64,000 bases of DNA from assembly GCA_030390025.1 (NCBI GenBank), contig CM059431.1:156056001-156120000 (forward strand), given 5' to 3'. This document shows, piece by piece, positions 55,701 through 64,000 of this stretch. Made by a program: the position numbers and the translations under genes. The stretch's first letter is position 1, and each line of letters starts with the position of its first letter. The stretch comes from Squalus acanthias (taxonomy: Eukaryota). The notes beneath the pieces were generated by a model. The model was not told the origin of the DNA. It worked only from the letters and a program-made list of their open reading frames with translations, and searched no databases.

Positions 55701-58700
55701 CTACACAGAGTGTCAGAGTACCTTGGACTACACAGATTATCAGAGGACCCTGGATTACACGGAATGTCAGAGTTCCTTGGACTAAACAGAGTGTCAGAGT
55801 TCCGTGTACTACACAGTGTGCCAGAATACCTTGGAGTACACAGAGTGTCAAAGTACCGTGAGCTGCACAGAGTGACAGAGTACACTGGGCTACACAGAGT
55901 GTCAGAGTAACTTGGACTACACAGAGTTTCAGAGTACCGTGGACTGCACAGAGTGTCAGAGTACATTGGACTACGCAGAGTGGCAGAGAACCGTGGGCTA
56001 CACAGAGTGTTAGAGTACCCTGGTCTACACAGATTGTAAGAGAACCGTGGGATAAACAGACTGTCAGAATACATTGGACTGCACAGAGTGTCAGAGTACC
56101 GTGGACTATACAGAGCGTCAGAGTACCCAGGACTATACAGAGTGACAGAGTAAACTGGGCTACACAGATTGTCAGAGTATCCTGGACTACACAGAGTGTC
56201 AGAGAACCGTAGACAACACAGAGTGTTAGAGTAACCTGGTCTACACAGAGTGACAGAGTACCTTGGACTACACAGACTGTCAGAGTACCCTGGACTACAC
56301 AGAGTGTCGGAGTTCTCTGGACTAAACAGAGTGTCAGATTACCGTGTACTACACAGAGTGTCAGAGTACCTTGGACTACACAGGTTTTCTGAGTACCGTG
56401 GACTGCACAGAGTGTCAGAGTATATTGGACTACGCAGAGTGGCAGAGAACCGTGGGCTACACAGAGTGACAGAGTACACTGGGCTACACAGAGTGTCAGA
56501 GTACCCTGGGCTACACAGAGTATCAAAGAACCGTGTACTACACAGAGTTTCAGAGTACCTTGGCTACACAGAGTGTCAGAGTACCGTGGGCTACACAGAG
56601 TGACAGAGAACACTGGGCTACACAGAGTTAAGAGTACCTTGGACTACACGGAGTGTCAGAGTACCTTGGACGACACAGAGTGTCAGAGTACCGTGAGCTA
56701 CACAGAGTGACAGAGTACACTGGGCTACACAGAGTGTCAGAGTACCTTGGTCTACACGGAGTGTCAGAGTACCTTAGACTATACAGAGTTTCAGAGTAGC
56801 CTGGACTACACAGAGTGTCAGAGTACCTTGGGCAACACAGAATGACAGAGTAAACTGGGCTTCACAGAGTGTCTGTGTACCCTGGACTACACAGAGTGAC
56901 AGAGTGCCCTTGGCTACACAGAGTGTCAGAGTATACTGGGCTACACAGTGTGTCAGAGTACCCAGGACTCCACAGAGTGTCAGAGTACCGTGGACTACAC
57001 AGACTGTCAGAGTACCCTGGACTAAACAGAGTGTCAGAGTACCTTGGACTAAACAGAGTGTCAGAGTACCGTGTACTACACAGAGTGTCAGAGTACCTTG
57101 GACTACACAGAGTGTAAAAGTACCGTGGTGTACACAGACTGACAGAGTACACTGGGCTACACAGAGTGTCAGAGTACCTTGGACTACACAGAGTTTCAGA
57201 GTACCGTGGACTGCACAGAGTGTCAGAGTATTTGGACTACGCAGAGTGGCAGAGAACCGTGGGCTACACAGAGTGACAGAGTGCACTGGGCTACACGGAG
57301 TGTCAGAGTACCCTGGGCTACACAGAATATCAGAGAACCGTAGACTACACAGAGTGTTAGAGTACCCTGGTCTACACAGAGTTTCAGAGAACCTTGGGCT
57401 ACTCAGACTGTCAGAATACATTGGACTACACAGAGTGTCAGAGTACCGTGGACTACACAGAGCGTCAGAGTATCCAGGACCATACAGAGTGACAGAGTAC
57501 ACTGGGCTACACAGATTGTCAGAGTATCCTGGACTACACAGAGTGTCAGAGAACCGTAGACTACACAGATTGTTAGAGTACCTGGTCTACACAGAGGGTC
57601 AGAGTACCTTGGACTACACAGAGTGTCAGAGTACCCTGGACTACACTGAGTGTCAGAGTGCCTTAGACTACACAGAGGGTCAGTGTACCGTGGACTAAAG
57701 AGAGTGTGAGAGTACCCTGGACTTCACAGAGTGTCAGAGTACCGTGGGCGACACAGAATGAAAGATTACCCTGGACTACACGCAGTGTCAGAGTACCTTG
57801 GACTACACAGAGTGTCAGAGTACCGTGGACTAAACAGAGGGTCAGAGTACCCGGAACTACACAGAGTGTCAGAGATCCGTGGGCTACACAGAGTGTCAGA
57901 GTACCGTGGGCTACACAGAGTGTCAGAGTACCCTGGAGTACACAGAGTGTCAGAGTACCGTGGGCTGCACTGAGTGTCAGAGTACCTTGGTATACACAGA
58001 GTGTCAGAATACCGTGGGCTTCACAGAGAGACAGAGTACACTGGGCTAAACAGAGTGTCGGAGTACCCTGGACTACACAGAGTGTCAGAGTACCGTGGGC
58101 TACACAGAGTGACAGAGGACACTGGAATACAAAGAGTTAAGAGTACCTTGGACTACACGGAGTGTCAGAGTACCTTGGACTACGCAGAGTGTCAGAGTAC
58201 CGTGGGCTACACAGCGTGACAGAGTACACTGGGCTACACAGAGTGTCAGAGTCCCTTGGTCTACACGGAGTGTCAGAGTACCTTGGACTATACAGAGTGT
58301 CAGAGTAGCCTGGACTACACAGAGTGTCAGAGTACCTTGGGCTACACAGAATGACAGAGTAAACTGGGCTACACAGTGTGTCAGAGTACCCAGGAATCCA
58401 CAGAGTGTCAGAGCACCGTGAACTACACAGACTGTCAGAGTACCCTGGACTAAACAGAGTGTCAGAGTACCTTGGACTAAACAGAGTGTCAGAGTAACGT
58501 GTACTACACAGAGTGTCAGAGTACCTTGGACTACACAGAGTGTCAGAGTACCATGGACTACACAGAGTGACAGAGTGCCCTTGGCTACACAGAGTGTCAG
58601 AGTATACTGGGCTACGCAGTGTGTCAGAGTACCCAGTACTACAAAGTGTGTCAGAGTACCCTGGACTAAACAGAGTGTCTGAGTACCCTGGACTACACAG

Positions 58701-61700
58701 ATTGTCAGAGTACCCTGGACTACACAGACTGTCAGAGTAACCTGGACTATACAGAGTGTCAGAGTATCCTGGACTAAACAGAGTGTCAGAGTACCCTGGA
58801 CTACACAGAATGTCAGAGTACCCTGGACTAAACAGAAAGTTAGTGTACCCTGGACTACACGGAGTGTCAGATTACCTTGGACTACACAGAGTGTCAGTGT
58901 ACCGTGGACTATACAGAGTGTCAGAGTACGTCGGAATAGGCAGAGTGTCAGAGATCCGTGGGCTAGACAGAGTGTCAGAGTACCCTGGACTACACAGAGT
59001 GTCAGAGTATCGTGGACAACACAGAGTGTCAGAGTACCTTGGACTACGCAGATTGTCAGAGAACCGTGGGCTACACAGAGTGATAGAGTACACTGGGCTC
59101 CACAGATTCTCAGAGTTCCTTGGTCTAAACAGAGTGTCAGAGTACCGTGTACTACACAGAGTGTCAGAGTACCGTGGGCTACACAGAGTGACAGAGTACA
59201 CTGGGTTACACAGAGTTTCAGAGTACCTTGGACTACACGGAGTGTCAGAGTACCTTGGACTACACAGAGTGTCAGAGTACCGTGGGCTACACAGAGTGAA
59301 AGAGTACACTTGGCTACACAGAGTGTAAGAGTACCTTGGTCTACACGGATTGTCTGAGTACCTTGGGCTATACAGAGTGTCAGAGTAGCCTGGACTGCAC
59401 AGAGTGTCAGAGTACCTTGGGCTACACAGAATGACAGAGTATACTGGGCTACACAGAGTGTCAGAGTACCCAGGACGACACAGAGTGTCAGAGTACCTTG
59501 GACTACACAGAGTGTCAGAGTACCGTGGACTACACAGACTGTCAGAGTACCCTGGACGAAACAGAGTGTCAGAGTACCCTGGACTAAACAGAGTGTCAGA
59601 GTACCCTGGACTAAACAGAGTGTCAGAGTACCCTGGTTACACAGAGTGTCAGAGTACCCTGGACTAAACAGAGTTTCAGAGTACCCTGGACTAAACAGAG
59701 TGTCAGAGTACCCTGGACCAAATAGATTGTCAGAGTACCCTGGACTACACAGATTGTCAGAGTAACCTGGACTACACAGAGGGTCAGTGTACCCTGGACT
59801 ACACGGAGTGTAAGAGTACCTTGGACTACACAGAGTGTCAGTGTACCGTGGACTACACAGAGTGTCAGAGTACCTTGGAATACGCAGAGTGTCAGAGATC
59901 CGTGGGCTAGACAGAGTGACAGAGTACACTGGGCTACACAGAGTGTCAGAGTACCCTGGACTACACAAAGTGTCAGAGTACCCTGGGCTACACAGAGTGT
60001 CAGAGTACCGTGGACTACACAGAGTGTTAGAGTACCCTGGGATACACAGATGTCAGAGTACATTGGACTACAACGAGAGTCAGTGTACCCTGGACTACAC
60101 AGAGTGTCAGAGTACCTTGGACTACACAGAGTTTCAGAGTACCGTGGATTAAACAGATTGTCGGTATACCGTGGGCTAAACAGAGTGATAGAGTACACTG
60201 GGCTACACAGAGATTCAGAGTACCTTGGACTACGCAGAGTGTCAGAGTATCTTGGACTACACAGCGTGTCAGAGTACCGTGGACTACACAGAGTGTCACA
60301 GTACCCTGGGAACACAGAGTGACAGAGGACCCTGGACTACACAGAGTGTCAGAGTACCGTGGACTGCACAGTTTGTCAGAGAACCTTGGACTACACAGAG
60401 TGTCAGAGTACCGTGGGCTACACAGAGTGATAGAGTACACTGTGCTACATAGAGTGTCAGAGTACCCTGGACTACACAGAGTGACAGAGTACACTTTGCT
60501 TCACAGAGTGTCAGAGTACCGTGGAATACACAGAGTGTCAGAGTACCTTGGACTACACAGAGTGTCAGAGTACCGTGGGCTACACAGATTGTCAGAGTAC
60601 CTTGTGAACACGCAGTGTCAGAGTACCTTGGGCTGCACAGAGTGTCAGCGTACCTTGGACTACACAGAGTTTCGGAGTACCGTGGGCTACACAGAGTGAC
60701 AGTACATTGGGCTACACAGAGTGTCAGAGTATCCTGGACTGCACAGAGTGTCAGAATACCCTGGACGACACAGAGTGTCAGAGTACCCTGGACTACACAG
60801 AGTGTCAGAGAACCCTGTACTACACAGAGTGTAGAGTACCGTGGGCTACACAGATTGACAGAGTTCCTTGGACTACACAGATTATCAGAGTACCCTGGAC
60901 TACACGGAGTGTCAGAGTTCCTTGGACTAAACAGAGTGTCAGAGTACCCTGGACTACACAGAGTGTCAGAGTACCGTGTACTACACAGAGTGTCAGAGTA
61001 CCTTGGACAACACAGAGTGTAAACGTACCGTGGGCTACACAGATTGACAGAGTACACTGGGCTACACAGAGTGTCAGAGAACCTTGGACTACACAGAGTT
61101 TGAGAGTACCGTGGACTGCACAGAGTGTCAGAGTACCTTGGACTACACAGAGTGTCAGAGTACCCTGGACTACACAGAGTGTCAGAGTACCTTGGACTAC
61201 ACAGAGTGTCAGAGTACCGTGGACTACACAGAATGACAGATTACCCTGGACCACACGCAGTGTCAGAGTACCTTGGACTACACAGAGTGTCAGAGTACCT
61301 TGGGCTACACAGAATGACAGAGTAAACTGGGCTTCACGGAGAGTCTGTGTACCATGGACTACACAGAGTGACAGCGTGCCCTTGGCTACACAGAGTGTCA
61401 GAGTATACTGGGCTAAACAGTGTGTCAGAGTACCCAGTACTACACAGTGTGTCAGAGTACCCTGGACTAAACAGAGTGTCTGAGTACCCTGGACTACACA
61501 GATTGTCAGAGTACCCTGGACTACACAGACTGTCAGAGTAAGATGGACTATACAGAGTGTCAGAGTACCCTGGACTAAACAGAGTGTCAGAGTACCCTGG
61601 ACTAAACAGAATGTCAGAGTACCCTGGACTACACAGAAAGTTAGTGTACCCTGGACTACACGGAGTGTCAGAGTACCTTGGACTACACAGAGTGTCAGAG

Positions 61701-62649
61701 TACCCTGGACTACACAGAGTGTCAGAGTACCGTGGACTACACAGAGTGTCAGAGTACCCTGTGAACACAGAGTGTCAGAGGACCCTGGACTAAACAGAGT
61801 GTCAGAGTACACTGGGCTACACAGAGTGTCAGAGTACCCTAGAAAACACAGAGCGTCAGAGTACCTTGGACTACACAGAGTTTCAGAGTACCGTGGACTA
61901 CACAGATTGTCGGTATACCGTGGGCGAAACAGAGTGATAGAGTACACTGGGCAACACAGAGATTCAGAGTACCTTGGACTACACAGAGTGTCAGAGTATC
62001 TTGGACTACACAGCGTGTCAGAGGACCGTGGACTACACAGAGTGTCAGAGTACCCTGGGAACACAGAGTGTCAGAGGACCCTGGACTACACAGAGTGTCA
62101 GAGTACCGTGGACTACACAGAGTGTCAGAGAACCTTGGAAGACACAGTGTCAGAGTACCGTGGGCTACACAGAGTGATAGAGTATACTGTGCTACATAGA
62201 GTGTCAGAGTACCCTGGAATACACAGAGTGTCAGAGTAAACTTTGCTACACAGAGTGTCAGAGTACCGTGGAATACACAGAGTGTCAGAGTACCTTGGAC
62301 TACAGTGAGTGTCAGAGTACCGTGGGCTACACAGAGTGTCAGAGTACCTTGGTCTACACGCAGTGTCAGAGTACCTTGGGCTACACAGAGTGTCAGAGTT
62401 CCGTGGGCTACACAGAGTGTCAGAGTAACTTGGACTAAAAAGAGTGTCAGAGTACCGTGGGCTACACAGAGTGACAGAGAACCCTGGACTACACGGAGTG
62501 TCAGATTACCTTGGACTACACAGAGTGTCAGAGTACCGTGTGCTACACAGAGTGTCAGAGTACCTTAGACTAAACAGAGTGTCGGAGTACCGTGGGCTAC
62601 ACAGAGTGACAGAGTACATTGGGCTACGCAGAGTGTCAGAGTACCCTGG

Positions 62650-63640
62650 ACTGCACAGAGTGTCAGAGTACCCTGGACTACACAGAGTGTCAGATTACCC
62701 TGGACTACACAGATTGTCAGAGTACCCTGGACTACACAGAGTGTCAGAGTACCTTGGACTACACAGAGTGTCAGAGTACCGTGGGCTACACAGATTGACA
62801 GAGTTCCTTGGACTACACAGAGTGTCAGAGTTCCTTGGACTAAACAGAGTGTCAGAGTACCGTGTACTACATAGAGTGTCAGGGTACCTTGGACTACGCA
62901 GAGTGGCAGAGAACCGTGGGCTACACAGAGTGACAGAGTACACTGGGCTACACAGAGTGTCAGAGTACCCTGGGCTACACAGATTATCAAAGAACCGTAG
63001 ACTACACAGAGTGTAAGAGTACCCTGGTCTACACAGAGTGTCAGAGAACCGTGGGTTACACAGACTGTCAGAATACATTGGACTACACAGAGTGTCAGAG
63101 TACCGTGGCCTACACAGAGCGTCAGAGTATCCAGGACCATACAGAGTGGCAGAGTACACTGGGCTACACAAATTGTCAGAGTACCGTGGACTGCACAGAG
63201 TGTCAGAGTACCCTGGACTACACAGAGTGTCAGATTACCCTGGACTACACAGAGTGTCAGAGTACCCTGGACTACACAGAGTGTCAGAGTACCTTGGACT
63301 ACACAGAGTGTCAGAGTACCGTGGGCTACACAGATTGACAGAGTTCCTTGGACTACACAGAGTGTCAGAGTTCCTTGGACTAAACAGAGTGTCAGAGTAC
63401 CGTGTACTACACAGAGTGTCAGAGTACCTTGGACTACGCAGAGTGGCAGAGAACCGTGGGCTACACAGAGTGACAGAGTACACTGGGCTACACAGAGTGT
63501 CAGAGTACCCTGGGCTACACAGAGTATCAAAGAACCGTAGACTACACAGAGTGTTAGAGTACCCTGGTATACACAGAGTGTCAGAGAACCGTGGGTTACA
63601 CAGACTGTCAGAATACATTGGACTACACAGAGTGTCAGAG
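62650..63640 (+). repeat. Near-tandem duplication, offset 540 bp (20 monomers)
   Basis: CAGATTACCC at 62691/63231 and CAGACTGTCAGAATACATTG at 63061/63601, with matching variant order and a few substitutions. Confidence 0.8.
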
Positions 63641-64000
63641 TATCTTGGACTACACAGCGTGTCAGAGGACCGTGGACTTCACAGAGTGTCAGAGTACCCT
63701 GGGAACACAGAGTGTCAGAGGACGCTGGACTACACAGAGTGTCAGAGTACCGTGGGCTACACAGAGTGTCAGAGTACCTTGGTCTACACGCAGTTTCAGA
63801 GTACCTTGGGCTACACAGAGTGTCAGAGTTCCGTGGGCTACACAGAGTGTCAGAGTAACTTGGACTAAAAAGAGTGTCAGAGTACCGTGGGCTACACAGA
63901 GTGACAGAGAACCCTGGACTACACAGAGTGTCAGAGTACCCTGGGCTACACAGAGTGTCAGAGTACCGTGGGCTACACAGAGTGTCAGATTACCTTGGAC

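Larger units (their letters stand above)
1..64000 (+). repeat. 27-bp tandem satellite/minisatellite array, consensus GAGTACCCTGGACTACACAGAGTGTCA, ~2,370 monomers, truncated at both window edges
   Basis: The monomer is readable continuously from base 1 to 64000. Four perfect consecutive consensus copies start at 18921, 18948, 18975 and 19002. Every ORF in the track is a 9-aa periodic translation of this unit. Confidence 0.99.

Noticed and set aside
130..63868. All ORFs in the track as real CDS, including 758 aa (28381-30657), 622 aa (58100-59968) and 554 aa (6793-8457)
   Set aside because: They are pure 9-aa periodic translations overlapping in five frames. Most use GTG/TTG starts supplied by the repeat. 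They switch repeat type at single-base indels and have no non-repetitive domain.
1..64000. CRISPR array (27-bp repeat length)
   Set aside because: Repeats abut directly with no unique spacers. The variable segment is a few bases drawn from a small recurring set. There is no leader and there are no cas genes.
1..64000. V(D)J recombination signal sequences (CACAGAG in consensus, exact CACAGTG in some variants)
   Set aside because: No ACAAAAACC-like nonamer lies at 12- or 23-bp spacing, and there are no V/D/J segments.
1..64000. Steroid-receptor element (ACA-GAG-TGT) or MEIS/TGIF-type TGACA(G) site arrays
   Set aside because: The outer G/C positions of RGnACAnnnTGTnCY are not matched. Five- to six-bp motifs arise easily by chance, and there is no host or binding evidence.
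1..64000. Telomeric repeat, immunoglobulin switch region or G-quadruplex array
   Set aside because: There is no TTAGGG-like unit, no AGCT/GGGGT pentamer richness, and G-runs are mostly 2-3 nt spaced 27 bp apart. Kb-scale variant duplications fit recombinational turnover rather than telomerase synthesis.
1..64000. Zinc-finger, ice-nucleation or antifreeze-type repeat protein gene, or an antigenic-variation cassette array
   Set aside because: There is no C2H2 spacing or linker and no maintained reading frame. No flanking unique coding sequence or recombinase is present.
1..64000. Synthetic concatemer or rolling-circle sequencing artefact
   Set aside because: Variants are inherited in hierarchical, collinear blocks of differing divergence, which random read error on a single template would not produce. 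The copy number of the near-identical HORs could still be mis-assembled.

Overview
The whole 64 kb window is one uninterrupted head-to-tail tandem array of a 27-bp monomer, consensus GAGTACCCTGGACTACACAGAGTGTCA (14/27 GC). There are roughly 2,370 copies, all in the same orientation, and the array runs off both ends. I see no credible protein-coding gene, RNA gene, transposon or CRISPR array. The dense ORF track is an artefact: 27 is a multiple of 3 and the consensus is stop-free in five of six frames (EYPGLHRVS, STLDYTECQ, VPWTTQSVR, DTLCSPGYS, TLCVVQGTL). The real content is the array's architecture. This includes a monomer with an internal CAGAGT duplication and an ACAC-AGA-GTGT dyad, phased multi-monomer variant modules, and two variant domains switching near 19.3-20 kb. 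It also includes recent near-identical higher-order repeats (periods 2048/1859, 1777, 2370, 2506 and 2181 bp), older dispersed kb-scale duplications, and rare small scars, notably a 12-bp non-monomer insertion at 34554-34565. The organisation is typical of a eukaryotic satellite or giant minisatellite, but organism and chromosomal location cannot be determined from sequence alone. I cannot support a new gene system here. Periods were derived by eye and from offsets of identical ORF translations, so boundaries are approximate.
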